NCBI RefSeq assembly: GCF_009914755.1
Contig: NC_060937.1
Source of the DNA: the human T2T-CHM13v2.0 reference genome, Homo sapiens
Strand: one strand, 5' to 3'
DNA: 64,000 nt
A model generated the notes under the pieces. It was given only the letters and a program-made list of their open reading frames with translations. It had not been told where the DNA came from and searched no databases. Each line of letters begins with the position of its first letter. Within the stretch, counting starts at the first letter, position 1. The translations under genes were made by a program, and so were the position numbers. Of the stretch, positions 27,960-44,106 are shown piece by piece.

Positions 27960-30900
27960 GTCTGGATTTTGCTGAAAGCACACTCTTGGTACAGTTCAAC
28001 ACGTTCTTCTGTCTTCTATTTTCTGAAAATCGGCAGCTGGATCCAGAGGTTTCATCATACAGACTCTGGTTTCATCCCTTTGGCAAGGCCATAGGTGGTG
28101 TCAGATTCTTCCATCGAAAGGAACAGAGTGTGTGTGTTTCTTTTTGTGATGTTACGGGTCTTGATGTTCATTTCTTAGATCCCTTGACTTCATTCCGTTT
28201 GCAAAACTGTCATTTCTTTTTCATTTATTAGTTGGGATAGTTTTATAATGAGGTGCTTTCCCTCCTGTATTATTTGGTTACCCAGTAGCAAAACTGGTAT
28301 GGAAAAGCCAAGATAAATGCTTGATTATCGACTTTTACTTATTAATTTTACATGGTTGATTTTCTATCATCGCTCAAGGTAACCAATTACTATTTAAAAA
28401 ATGTCATTATGAACTCAAGATTTAAACTTATTTAATGTTTAATGGATTTCAGTCCATGTCAATTACCATTTCTTACTGTTAGTCAAATTATCTCTACTGT
28501 GCTCATTGGGAGTTTTTCAAGTTGGTCAGTCTGTAGGTTCTTTTTATATGACCCTCGTAGTCTTTGACAAAGCTTCCTTGTTCCTAGTATGACAAGATGC
28601 TCCAAGGTCAGCTTGTACACTTCCTATTCAAAATCAACCATTTTCTTCAAGAAGCCCTGGTTTACTTATTGGAAAATTGGAAAAATGGTGTTTCAAGAAC
28701 ATATCTAGAGCCCATAGATGCTCACTGCTATGGAGTTGGTCACTGTTTCAAATATTTTGCCTGGGTTTATTCTGATGTTTTCAATTTAAATTCATGACCC
28801 AGGATTTTTTTTTTTTTTTTTAGTTATACTTTAAGTTCTGGGGTACATGAGCAGAACGTGCAGGTTTGTTACGTAGGTATGCATGTCCCACAGTGGTTGG
28901 CTGCACCCATCAACCCGTCATCTACATTAGGTATTTCTCCTAATGCTATCCCTCCCCTTGCCCCCCACCCCGATAGCACCCAGTGTGTGATGTTCCCCTC
29001 CCTGTGCCCATATGTTCTCATTGTTCAATTCCTACTTATGACTGAGAACATGCTGTGTTTGGTTTTCTGTTCCTGTGTTAGTTTGCTGAGAATGATGGTT
29101 TCCAGCTTCATCCGTGTCCCTGCAAAGGACATGAGCTCATTCTTTTATATGGCTGCATAGTATTCCATGGTGTATACGTGCCACGTTTTCTTTAGGATTT
29201 TTATTTTTACCTAAGCTTTTCTATATGATATCTATATCTCCTTTTTTCTCCACAAAGAGCACTCTTGATTATCAAGAGCACCAGGGATGCCAGAATTAGA
29301 TTGTCTCAACAGTGACTCAGTTTTATTTCACATTTCATAGACAATAGTCTCAGAATGAAAATACACAACCAAGAAAACTACTGAATATCTTAAGGGTTTG
29401 CATATCTTCTTCCCGTTCACCTCCTCATTTGTATATCTGTACTCTATCCATATTAGAACAAATAATTATTACATATTTCACTCTTCATGTTGTCCTTATG
29501 TAGTTAGTTGTTACATATGAATGTGAATTTTTATGCCAAATGGTTTAAGAGTCCCTTTTGGAGTTCATTTAGGTTATCTGAGGCATGTTTTTTAGTAGAT
29601 TACAGGTTCATTGAAACAAGATTACTTGTATCTTACATTACTCATATTCTTAGATCTTGAAAGCAGTTTCTCTGACCTTGAAAGTTGAAAGTCAGTTTTC
29701 AGGATGGAAAAAAATCTGGCTCAGATATTCTTTGCCTGGGCATCCTATATATGTTACTCTATTTTCTTCTGACATAAAGCATTGCTGCTGAAAAATCTCA
29801 TGATAATCTAACGTTCTTTCCTTTATAAATCACTTGTTCTTATTTGGGCTAGATAATATATTTTTAAAAAATTTAAAGACCTGTCATTTGTCTGGTGTAT
29901 GTATTGTTTTTAATCATTTACTCCAATATTTTTAGGTGTGTGCTGTCAATATATAGTTTCATATCTTTTTATGTTTCAGAAAAGTTTAGTATACGTTTTA
30001 TTCTCTTGCTGTGGTTTTTCTTCCTTAGGGACACCTATAATGCAGATGTCGGATTTTTGACTTTCTTCAATTTGTCATTTTTCTTGCAAATCATTTTCAT
30101 CTCTTTCTTCATTTCTCTTTGATTTTAAAAAATGCCCTCTTCTCCATTTTCTATTTCTCACTTTTGAATCATCTGAGGTCTCTTTATGTTCCTTCTCGTT
30201 TAGTTTTCATTGCTTTAATTTATAACTTTTCTCAGTTCTGGCACCTCATTTCTGAGTTTTTCTAACTTTTATTTATGTTGCTATTTCATCCTTATGTAAT
30301 TTTTAATGTCTTTTAACTAATTTTTCAATAGTATGCTACAGTTTGAGCTGGTTAGAGCACGTTTTTGTAGGTTGCTTTCCTTGTCTACAGTGAGAGACAG
30401 TATTCTGCTGTTTTTTTCTTATAATAACGTTTGCAGGGAATTTGGCTTTGATAATTTTCCTTACTCATTTTTATACAAAATTAGTTTTCCCAAACAGTTT
30501 AGTATTTCTCTTCTAACTTCAGAGTTTCCTCTTCTGTTGTTTTAATATATCGATCAAATATGGTAGCTTTCTTTCTGGAATTTCCAAGCTCTGTTTCCCA
30601 ATCCTCCTCCCCCCACAAATTTTGTCTGGATCTGCTTTTATCCTTATCACTCTTGTTCCTGGCCTGTTCAATTTTGATTCCACTCCTGGACTTTTTATTT
30701 CAGAATGGAGCAAAGAAGATGTTCTACCATTCCATGAACATTGGACGCTCTGTAACTAAGCTTGGTTTCCTCCCACAGACACTAATATCATGCAAATCAT
30801 GTGGCTGTTTGTCAACACTTGCTTTTATTTAGGGTTTGTGGATTACCGAGTTTTATGGTAAATATTAACTATGGATTTGGGGTTTTGATATCTTGGTATT

Positions 30901-31620
30901 CTTTTTGTTTTCATGTGGGAATTCAAGGTTAAAAAACAATGTCAATGCCTCTGTCATCTTTATAGAAGAAGGCTCCTTAATTTTTTCTTGTTGAATTTTA
31001 AAGTAGATTTATCAATTTTATTACTGCTTCCAAAGAACAAAATTTCAATTATGTTGATATTATTTATCACCTCTTTCCCCCCATTTGATTAATAACTGCT
31101 TTTCTCTTTATTATTTCTTTCTTTCTGCTATCTTAGTGTTTCCTTGGTTGATAATTTTTCTAAATTCTTGAAATGAATGCTTGGAGGATTAATTTAAGCC
31201 TTTATTTCTTTACTAGATATTCATTCAGGGCTAAATTTTTTCCTCTAAAAATGCCATTAGCTACTTCCCACAAGTTTGATGCATCTTTTGTTCATTATTT
31301 TTTAATTGTAGATATTTTCTTATTTTCATTGGTGTTTCTTCTGTGCTTATTTGAAAATAGTTTTAAATTTCTGAATGTGTAGGTTTTTTTGTGGTTATTT
31401 TCTTCTTATTAGGTTTCTGATTTTGTTACATTTTGGTCAAATAATATCTTTTCTAGGACACTGATGTGTATATATTTAGAAGTCTGTGGTAAATGGTTAC
31501 ATTTAAAATCATACATGTGTTCTTGAATTAGAATGTTATTCTCTAGTCATTGAATGAAGAATTTTATAGATGCCCATTGCACATTTAAAAATGTACATTT
31601 TATAACTTCTACATCTGTAT
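27960..31620 (-). mobile_element. Old L1M (L1MC/ME-like) fragments, interrupted by a younger L1PA
   Basis: T-rich degenerate LINE-like sequence including caagatgctccagg/caaccatttt.ttcaagaagccctggt motifs; boundaries approximate. Confidence 0.55.
28806..29192 (-). mobile_element. L1PA 3' end, 5'-truncated (about 390 bp)
   Basis: ttatactttaagttctggggtacatg...tatggctgcatagtattccatgg; TSD-like aggattttt on both sides. Confidence 0.93.
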
Positions 31621-31659
31621 TTCTTGGCTCCTTGATCTGTGCTGAGGTGATATATACAT

Positions 31660-31850
31660 ATTTTAAACTTAATCTTCAAACTAATCCTCATAGGTAGGTA
31701 AGGTATTATTATCTCTTTTTTCCAGATTAAAGATCTAAGGCTCATAAAAATTAAGTTGTCTAAGTTCACTCAGATAATAAATTGCAAAATTATTACTAGA
31801 ACTCTGGATCATGCAGCTTCAGTGTTCAAATCTTTTCACTGCATTATGTC
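31660..31850 (-). mobile_element. MIR SINE
   Basis: aatcttcaaactaatcct...aggtaggt..tattattatctc...taaggctca...taagttcactcag. Confidence 0.65.
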
Positions 31851-32975
31851 TATGTAAAATGTCACTAGGCTTAGTATAAAAAAGCATTTTCTAAACTATA
31901 TCATAACAAAATATTATCTGCTTGACTTGAAATATTTTGTTTACACATATTATAAACTCTTGCTATTCTCACATCCTAATGCAAAATCGAAACTAACCAA
32001 CTTTTTGTTTGTTCTACATATGCATAATTGATTTTCAGAATAATGACTCTGAAGCACTGAAAGAGATCAATACATTTCCTAACTCATTAAAGCTAGTATG
32101 ATCATAGTTTTTATATTTTACACTTACTGATTCCTTAAAATCTGGGATCCATCAAAACTCTCAATCAATCAGAATATTAATTTGATTAATTCAATCACCC
32201 AGAAGTAACCACAGACCTATCTTGAATATAGATTCCTTTAGGATGCGGCAATGCTTAGACCTAAAGAACCATAGCTTGACCCTAGAAACCACCTTCAGAA
32301 TGAAGCCATCAATATTTATTTGACAAAGCACACCACAAGTATTATAAATATTCAATAGCTTTTTTGATTTACAATGTTAACAATACATTTCTGTTTCTAA
32401 CTGGGAAAAAGTTTGAGTGGCTCCATTTTTCTTTTCTCACTTTACAAATATTAACAGGTTAATAATAAATGGGAAAGTGGTTATAAAAACATATGACCAT
32501 AAGACACAAAACCACGGTCCAATGAATATGGCTTGATGAATGTCATTTCTGCTAGAAAGTTGTAGTGTAATTATTGTAACGAGCCACTTTATTGAATAAG
32601 TCTCCCAAATAAAATATAGTAATTGGGAATAAGCAATTACTTAAAATTGCATGGGTCGAAGGTGGTATCTCATTTGACTGTATTTGAATTTTCATGCACC
32701 CGTGAATTCATAATTAATCCCAAAGTGCATACGACAGATCATGTGTGTGGCAAGATGTTTCTATAAAATAAACTTTCTCTGGAATTGACATTATGCTTAG
32801 AAAAAAAATTTTAAAAGGTGATTAATGTGAGCATCAGCAAGATTAAAATGTTGATTATGGATGTATATAAAGGTGAATACCATTATAATATCATGTTATG
32901 AAGCTTTGAACAGTATCTTAAAATGTGAATTTTGTGAAGAGAATTTTAGATGATGGGTCAAGATTTCTTATTGTA

Positions 32976-33476
<501 letters not shown>

Positions 33477-34000
33477 TTATCTTTCTGTAAATTCCAATAG
33501 ATTGTAAACTCCTTAGGATATGTATAATGTATTCTTTGTTTATTACATTTTCTTTCATTGTCTAGCACTGTGCATTGTTGGTGCTTGAAATATATTTGAA
33601 AATTGAATTAATTTCATAATATTAAAGTATTACTTTTTCTATCTTATATATTTTAATGTAGTTAGTCCTTGAAAATAAGAAATATGAATGACGTAAAAAT
33701 TACAAAGAGGGACTGCTTATTTTGAAATGAATCAACTAACTTGATATATAGGAACAGCTTGTAATATTAGAAACTAAACAATTTAAAACTTAATGGATCT
33801 GATTTTTTTTTGCACGTGAATGTTATGACAATGTTTCGGCCACTAACACAGTAGCCTGGGGTCACTTGGTCAAATCTCCAACATCTTACACATCAAATAA
33901 TGAAACTGTGCAAAAATCGAGGGAAAAGCAATATCTTCGAGTACTGAAACAAATTTAGATAGGTTTAATATACAGTACTTAATGATAAGAAACTATAAAT

Positions 34001-34315
<315 letters not shown>

Positions 34316-34462
34316 CTAGATAGATTTTAATTACAAAAGTAAAATACAAAATGACTTTATGATTATATCTAATATAAACAGGAAGGCAAAGATTGGAAAT
34401 CTGCAGAGACAAAAGAAGGTGAGTGGGCTTGTGATTCTAGAGTAAATGTCAGATGCTTTTAA

Positions 34463-34763
<301 letters not shown>

Positions 34764-35377
34764 AGAAATTCGAAATTTAAGGTCTGTGGCAACACAAGGA
34801 AGCAGGACTTGGACTCAACACCATCATCAGCAACAAATACAACACACTGAGACTAGCATGACACTTGATAGAAGAGACAATTTATAAGTAAAACTGTAGT
34901 CAGAAGAGGAAAAAGTTTAAAAAGAAGAGCAAAATGTAAATTTCCAAGATAGATTTAGCAGCGGCCTTAACTCCTTGATACCTCTTTTGTGCATGATACA
35001 GAAAATGCGATTAAAAATCTTTTAAATTACCTATAAAAAATTCTTAATCCTAGACTGATTTACTTTTGACTCTCAATGCGCATTTACTAAGGAATACAAA
35101 CAGCTGATACATAGTTCCAACCTAAAAATGGTTACACAATTAAATATTCTGCAAAAATAATCATTGAGAGGGAATTCCTACTCTAATGTTAGTTGAATAT
35201 AGAAAGATGTGTTTGTTTACTCAGGGCCCAGCAAACTGTTTGCATATAATGGTCCTCAAAAATGATTGTTGGATGAAAGGGTGAGTGCTCACACACACAG
35301 ATATTTGGTTTTAGCTTGAGAATTTACTGCAAAGACCAGTAAGAAGAAAAAATGGTTTGATTTTATAGTACGCATCG

Positions 35378-36148
35378 TTTTATTTATTTATTTATTTATT
35401 TATATTATACTTTAGGTTCTAGGGTGCATGTGCACAACGTGCAGGTTTGTTACATAGGTATGCATGTGCCATGTTTGTGTGCTGCACCCATTAACTCATC
35501 ATTTACATTAGGTATATCTCCTAATACTATCCCTCCCCCCTCCCCCTGCCCCATGACAGGTCCCAGTGTGTGATGTTCCCCTTCCTGTGTCCAAGTGTTC
35601 TCATTGTTCAGTTCCCACCTATGAGTGAGAACATGCAGTATTTGGTTTTTTGTCCTTGTGATAGTTTGCTGAGAATGATGGTTTCCAGCTTCATCCACGT
35701 CCCTACAAAGGACATGAACTCATCCTTTTTTATGACTGCATAGTATTCCATGGTGTATATGTGCCACATTTTCTTAATCCAGTCTATCATTGATGGACAT
35801 TTGGGTTGGTTCCAGGTCTTTGCTATTGTGAACAGTGCTGCAATAAACATACATGTGCATGTGTCTTTATAGCAGCATGATTTATAATCCTTTGGGCATG
35901 TACCCAGTAATGGGATGGCTGGGTCAAATGTATTTCTAGTTCTAGATCCTTGAGGAATAGCACGCTGTCTTCCACAATGGTTGAACTAGTTTACGGTCCC
36001 ACCAACAGTGTAAAAGTGTTCCTATTTCTCCACATCCTCTCCAGCACCTGTTGTTTCCTGACTTTTTAATGATCGCCATTCTAACTGGTGTGAGATGGTA
36101 TCTCATTGTGGCTTTGATTTGCATTTCTCTGATGGCCAGTGATGATGA
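35378..36148 (-). mobile_element. L1PA 3' end (about 770 bp; ORF2 C-terminus plus 3'UTR)
   Basis: ORFs 35608..35850 and 35942..36178 are L1 ORF2 C-terminal peptides; TSD tacgcatc(g/t)ttttattt. Confidence 0.96.
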
Positions 36149-36914
36149 AATCTTACGCATCTTTTTATTTCTTTCCATTATTGTGACTAAATTGGGAATC
36201 CATTATCTACTAAAGCATTTTTAAGCTAGAGAGAAGTGTACAGAGTTTTCATATTTGACATGAGGAACACCAATTCTTCCCTTTGAGATACAACCCATGG
36301 TTACATGGTAGCATCATGTCATCTGTCACTCTTTTCCTGGAGATACATCTTGAATGGTACTGCAGAGAAGCTAAGCCATTATTTAAAAAAAAAATTCTTT
36401 CAAAAGACCAAAAGCCCTAAAAATGAAAACAGGCTGTGTTCGTTCGTTCATTTGTTCATTCTCTCTCTCTCTCTCTCTCTTTTAAGGTGAACAAACATTC
36501 ATTCATCCTGGAAATTATAGATCAGGCTGAGTAACTTGCTATGTGAGGAGTTACAAGAACAAATTATCAAGCACTCTATAATCATATAGAACATTATAAA
36601 ATGCTGTATGGCAATAAAAAAAACGGAAGAGTAAATCTTACCAGAATGACCTAATTTACTTCTTCAGATTCGAAGACACCGTGTAGACAATAGGGATAGC
36701 AACTAAAATATCAACAAAAATCAAACTCTAAAAAAATCAGACTTAGGTACCATAAGGAAATTGATCAGTAATTAATATATTGCACTCAACTAGACTGTTA
36801 CATCTGAAGGTTAAATTTATGTAAAAGTCTTTTGTCCTAACTGATGAATAGAAATCTGTTTGCTGAGTCTGACTTCATGGTACAGTTTAGTAACAGTAAC
36901 CTTTCTTGTCTGGT

Positions 36915-37380
36915 TTGAGAGGCACAGAACATATGCTAGCCCAGGTGCAATGCTAGGTATTTAACATTATTACATTATTTGATTCTCACAACAAACCTTG
37001 AAAATGAGAATTATCTCCACTTTACTGATGAGGGTTGGAACCTGCACCACTTAATCACTCTTCTACCCAATTTCTCTCAAACATCGAGCACCTGATGCTT
37101 TGCATACCTTTGCATATATGTCCCCCTCTGCCTGGGGTGCTTTCTTCCTTTATCAATCAATCACACTTCTTCTGTAAGGGGAACTTAGGGGGTTCTGTCT
37201 CATGGTTCCAGTAATACTTTTTACTTTCATGCATGTATGTGCATTTCCTCCCATTGGACTATGAGCTTCTAAAGGGTACAGTTCGCATCTTGCTCACTGT
37301 TGAATTCCCACAGCCCAGAGAATAGCAGATGAATAACGGGTGCTCTATAAGTGCTTGTTGAATGACTGAATGAATGTTAA
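36915..37380. mobile_element. MIR (minus) followed by L2 3' end (plus)
   Basis: tttgattctcacaacaaacct...ctccacttttactgatgag; then ggactatgagcttct...tgcttgttgaatgactgaatgaatg. Confidence 0.65.
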
Positions 37381-39335
37381 TGAGTTATAAAATAAAATGG
37401 GTAAACAAAACATAGTCATTCCAATGATCATTTTCCTCTTTACTGTACATAAGTTAGCTGTTCATTGTGAAGGCTTATTAAAGAACTATCATATGCTTCA
37501 GCAGAAAGGAGGCTGACAAGAGGGTGGGCAGATATTGCCCTACTGTCAGAGAAAATATTCACTGTTCATTATTATGTGGGCTCTGATTCTATGCTGGGAA
37601 GTACAGGGGCACGAGGTGGAGGTGCTGGGACAGCCCTCATCCTAGCATGGCTCCAGGAGGTTCACTCATGCTTCCCAGGCTATTGCAGGTTCTGACATAA
37701 GAAATGGTGCATCAGCCAAGACAGCAGCACAGAACCATCCTCAGGCCACAGGGCAGTGAGACGCTGTAGACTCAACCACAGGTGAGACCTTGACCTTGAC
37801 TGGATGTCTCACTTCGGAGAACAGAGCGGGCTGCTTTTATTACAGGGTTACTGGAAAGTCAAGTTCAGATCTCACTTTATTAATCACCACTCTGCTTAAG
37901 GAAACTAGAGTTTAATTTCAATAATATGGAGGAAAAATACAAGTAGAAATTGTTGCTTGATTTCTTTCTGCTTGGAAACTGGAAAAGCCCCTGTCAAAAT
38001 CCTTGAATCAGGAAGAAAAGGAACCTCTCACAATTGCTCACAGGAACGGTAGGTAGCAGGATAAAGGGATGGGGAAATGACCACTTGGGAAGGTCGTTTC
38101 TATGGAGTCTCAAACGACAGGCAGGAAAACACTCTTTCCTGTCTTTTCCTTTTAGGATCTGGGTCAGCCCCAAGATTTTAAAGATTTTTGTTTGCTGGTT
38201 GTTTTCTGGGAGAAGGACAGGTATTTTAAACTGTATAATAAAGGTGATCCACCAGGGCTATTTTTAAAAACATGGTTTCTGCAAAGTGAGGTTGCCATGG
38301 GAATTACTCATCCCTGTTCAAAGCTTGGGTAATTACTGGGAGAAAATCTTGCCTAATGTGCTTTTGTGTTTTCTGCAATGCTTCATCAAACCCCAGCCCC
38401 CTTCTGGGGTTGCTGTCAGTTGTTGTTTTTTTCTCCCTGAACTTGCAGTCTTCAGGCACCTGGGGCTTCACTATTTTCCCTGGAAAGAGAAAGGTGATTC
38501 CCTCTAGCATAGTGAAGTCAGAAGTTTCTCCTGGTACAAGATAACCATTAAGAGAACAGTTTTATTTTATTGTTCCTTTGTTCATGTTATGAGAATCACC
38601 GATAAACCAGCCTCTAATGTCCTTTTTCTTTCATACCAGTCACTGAGGAAACACAGCCTCAATTTGCACAATTTGCAGAGGGCTGGGTGGTTTTTTTTTT
38701 TCACGTAGAGTGAAGAACCCTGCCTGTCACTTTACTGTGACTAGGATTTCCAAAGGCAATTGGGATTTTAATGGAAATTTCTAAGTGCTCGCTGAAAAAT
38801 ACTTTATAAGGGGAACTAATGGTGGTAGGGTCTGTGACGGGGATTTTTGTTCTGTGTTTATGCGCTCTTGTTTTTAAGTGGCTTTCGGGTTTCTTAATAA
38901 AAATGAAAAAGGCTTGCCGTATTCATAATACAAATGCCAGAATGCTGTCTCCGCAATTTGTGCTTCCATTAAATCCTTATCACTGAAATCCTTTGAAGAG
39001 GGATTTTCTGCTTTAGATTTCCCTGGCCCAGGGGCACTCAACAAGGTTGACAAATCCTAAGGTCTTATGAGGAACACCAAGAACTGGTGGGAACTATTGC
39101 TGAAAATGGTGGATCCTGAAAAGAATTAAGTCTACTTTTCTGACAACCTAGATCGAATCAAAGCTTTAAGAAAGCGTGGATAGTAACAGGAGCAGTTGTC
39201 TTGCCACTCCCATAATAGGGTCCTCTGATGAAGAAAAAGTATGTTTTTGACATTCCACTTTCCAAGTGGGAGCAATAAGACATGTTGTATGGGATAAAAC
39301 GTGTTATTCCAACTGTACCTGGGGAGGGTTCGCTT

Positions 39336-39362
39336 CGGGCGGGCGCACAGAGGGGCGGGCCA
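39336..39362. promoter_or_regulatory. GC-box cluster (GGGCGG x2) in a local CpG-rich patch
   Basis: ttcgcttcgggcgggcgcacagaggggcgggcc in non-repetitive intron sequence. Confidence 0.4.
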
Positions 39363-39863
39363 CATTCTCTTTAGACTCCTCCTCAGCCCGGCACATGCCT
39401 CTCAAGACTCTTTTTATCTTTGTCCTCACCAAATCAAAATACTGTGTTCAGGAAATGTGAGAAACAATCACATTTCCTTTTAGAGAGAAAATAAACTCAT
39501 ATTTCAATTTTGTGTTTCCAGTGGGGTAGTGTTACCAGTGATTTTTAAAAGCATGTCATGGTTTTGTGACTTTGGCCATAATGGAAATCAGCTCTCTATC
39601 CTCTTCCTGGAGATAAGTGGTCACAAGGACAGCCCAGACTTCTGGCTTACAATCTGCTTTGGAAACAAAACAAAACAAAACAACCTGCTTTCTAGTCCAC
39701 GCAAACTGCAATTTCAGACTGACTGGCTGAAGCCAAGGCACTATCTTCCCACTTGTTTATCCACTGACATATGACCTTCTGCTTCCATGCCCCATGCACA
39801 GTGTTGAGTGGATTATAACTGTGAAGAAGAGAGGTGATAAGTTTAATTTAAAAAAATCAAAAA

Positions 39864-40050
39864 AGCCAGGCATGGTGGCCATGCCTATAGTCCCGGCTAC
39901 TCGGGAGGCTGAGGCAGGAGGATCACTTGAGCTCAGGAGTTCAAGGCTATAGTGCACTATGGCCGTGCCTGTGAATAGCCACTGCACCCCAGCCTGGGCA
40001 ACACAGCAAGATCTCATCTCTAAAAAAATAAAAATAAAAGATAAAAGTAA
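39864..40050 (+). mobile_element. FAM (fossil Alu monomer, 7SL-derived)
   Basis: Monomer with the 7SL-like segment gcctgtgaatagccactgca; A-rich tail. Confidence 0.85.
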
Positions 40051-40149
40051 AGCCTCTAAGGACAGCTAAGGGTAATATGCAAGCCTTTAAGGATAGTTAA
40101 GGGTCATATGTCCATATCATAATTTTTCACGAGAAATTTAGAAGCAAAG

Positions 40150-40620
40150 GATGACCTCAGTTGAAATCTAATTAGTGTCCTGGAAGACCAAGCACAGAAC
40201 AAAAATAGAGAGATGGCAATCCCAGGGGAGAGAGAAGCAGATGGAAGAGTAACAATTGAACGCAAAATAAATGGAAATTTCCCTGAGCAAATATCTTAGT
40301 TGGCAAGCTGAAAAGACTCTAGTTGGAGCAGTTCTGATGAAAAAAGACATATAAGGTATATTCTAAGAAAGCTTCTGAACTCCAAGGATACACAGAAAAT
40401 CTTACAAGTTTTCCTGAAGAAACAAGCAAACCAAGTCTACCAACCAAAAGGCTAATTACTTAAAAAAAAAATGACATTGGCATCAGACTTGTCATTTACA
40501 ATCTTGGATTCTGCAAAGATAGTAGAATAGCATCTCTAGATGGCTGAAGGAAAATCAACACATGGAAATCCTTGAAAAAGAAGAGACATCCTGCAAAGAA
40601 AATCATCATCATTTTCAGCA
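40150..40620 (+). mobile_element. Old L1/HAL1 ORF1-like fragment
   Basis: ctgaactccaaggatacacagaaaatcttacaag...ggcatcagacttgtca...ctgaaggaaaat; degenerate. Confidence 0.5.
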
Positions 40621-40693
40621 AGAGCAACATGACTGAACTACAGCAGAGAACCTGGGAGCTGGGGGAGAGGTAAACGGGAGTAGTATCACATTA

Positions 40694-40870
40694 GGGGAGG
40701 GGAGGTGAGAAAGAGGAGGAGAAAAGGGGGAGGTGAAAAAGGAGGAAAAAGGGGAGGCAAGAAAGAGGAGAAAAAGGGGAGGCGAGATAAAGAGAAAGGT
40801 GAGGGAATTCCAAAGGGTTCATCCCTGTGGGAAGGGAAAGAAAGCGGAGAGAAAGAAGATCCTGGAGGAT
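40694..40870. repeat. GA-rich low-complexity polypurine tract
   Basis: ggaggagaaaaggggg-like units; almost no pyrimidines on + strand. Confidence 0.85.
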
Positions 40871-41207
40871 GAAACAGTTGGCATTTTATTGTCACATGAT
40901 CATAGAGAAATATGGATTTCACTATAAGCAAAAGAAAAAGGGCAGTAACAATGTAAAGGAATAAAAAACACTCTAGGAATGCCAAAGTGGAATACTTGCA
41001 AGTGAACTAGATGTTTTTGCAAACTCTACTGTTTAATCTCTTTAATATTAAAGGACAATTATTAATCTTTCATTTTCTAACTGAACTGACATTGATTATG
41101 TGACCAAGCTGATATATATAGTTTGATACTATGCATACATATATACACACATATACATTTATATGTCTATGTGTGTATATATAAATATGTTTACTTATTA
41201 TACCTAG

Positions 41208-41543
<336 letters not shown>

Positions 41544-41994
41544 TAAAAGTGAATAAATGAAAAAGTACATTTCTTTAAAATTATTACCTAAATTTGCTTT
41601 ATTTATATGTGGTTCCCTACTGATACTTTGCTGTGGAATCTGAAAAAAATTTTCCCTTCTACTTTTCAAATGATAAAGAAATAGGTAAACTAGAACATGA
41701 ATAAGCTCTTGCACCTAAGTTCCTGCCACATACTAAGCATTGAATAAATGGCAATTCTTTCGACCGATTTTAGAGAAACATGCTCTCGTATCCTCTCTGA
41801 TGTAATAAGTAGACATAAGCAGTTGTACTTGCAGGAGATGGCAGGTCATTACACCTGGACTGAGCCTTGGAGATCCCAGCCCTTTATTCCGCACCTGAGA
41901 AAATGCAGATTTGGGAGGCTCTTGATGTTTACAAAGTCGCATGGCTGCCACGTGGCGCAGCTCAAAAGCTTACACGGGCAAATGCAAAATTTCA

Positions 41995-42426
<432 letters not shown>

Positions 42427-42544
42427 CTAGATCATGACTAAAATATTTCATTAGCAACAGCTTCCTGAAACTCAGTGACTCCTGCTTAAAAAGCAATATC
42501 CTTGAAATAACTTTCAAGCAATATTACTCAGTAACCGATGGTAG

Positions 42545-42913
<369 letters not shown>

Positions 42914-43787
42914 TAGTTGCTCTCTCTAAATGTCCATTTATCATAAGAATGACTAAGAGAGAATTTTACATTTTAAGACTCAAAAGCAAGTGCGTTCATC
43001 TGATCTTCAAAGCATAACGAAAATTCAAGTAACGTCTCTTCAAATTACCAAATTCAATTAATTTTGTTTTTTAAAATTAGAAATGCAAATATATTTCTAC
43101 CCGAATTTTAAATATTATGGCACCATATATAGTCTCATACTTTTATAACCCCCCACAGAATTATTTTTAAAGCTAGTAACATATTACTGTAATTCTGTTT
43201 GTAATTTCTTGAGCTATAACTAGAAGAATTTCCTTTTATTATTAAAAATAGGTGTTTAAAGCATCTTTTATGCATTTGCTTAACTGGAGGGCAAACGTGG
43301 TAGAAAATCAAATCAGTATGAGTGGAAAAACGCCACGGTTCTTCTTTTAAAAAGTGGAAGGCAAATTATATATGGTAACCTGACATGGTAGGCTCCATAA
43401 ACACTGTAGTAGTACACAAACTGGGCCAGCTGTGGTTTCCCTGTTTGCTTGAAAATAAAAGGGCCACAGAGGCAATTTTAGTCTCATACGGTTGGGGTCT
43501 GAGATTGATGTCTACCTGCCATCCCTGCAACACTGAGCAGCTTCTCCAGTTTCCTGGGATGTCCCATTCCCGAGGAGTCATCCCAGAGAGAAGCGATGGG
43601 AAGCAGCCTTCTTGCTTAGGCTACTGCAGTTATAAAGTGACTCTTCTGTGAATACATTGCTTAAAAGAGTCAAAGTTGTTTATTTATTTATTTATTTTAA
43701 ATAGAGGTAGAGGTAGTAGAAAGATGACAATAAAATAGAAAGAAACCCAACCCACATATACTTAAAAGAAGGGTTAAATCAGATTTA

Positions 43788-43982
<195 letters not shown>

Positions 43983-44087
43983 CTAAAGAAAAATTGGAAA
44001 GAAGAAAAAAAGGGGGAACCTATAATACTATTATATACGTTACACAAAATTAGTTTTAGAATGGAAGCAATAAGTAATTACATGAAA

Positions 44088-44106
44088 TGCCAGTAGATGG
44101 CAGCAA
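44088..44106 (+). promoter_or_regulatory. CTCF-like motif
   Basis: TGCCAGTAGATGGCAGCA, close to the CTCF core consensus; motif only. Confidence 0.5.

Noticed and set aside
35450-36178. L1 ORF2-like peptides
   Set aside because: 5'-truncated, frameshifted L1PA; not an active element or host gene.
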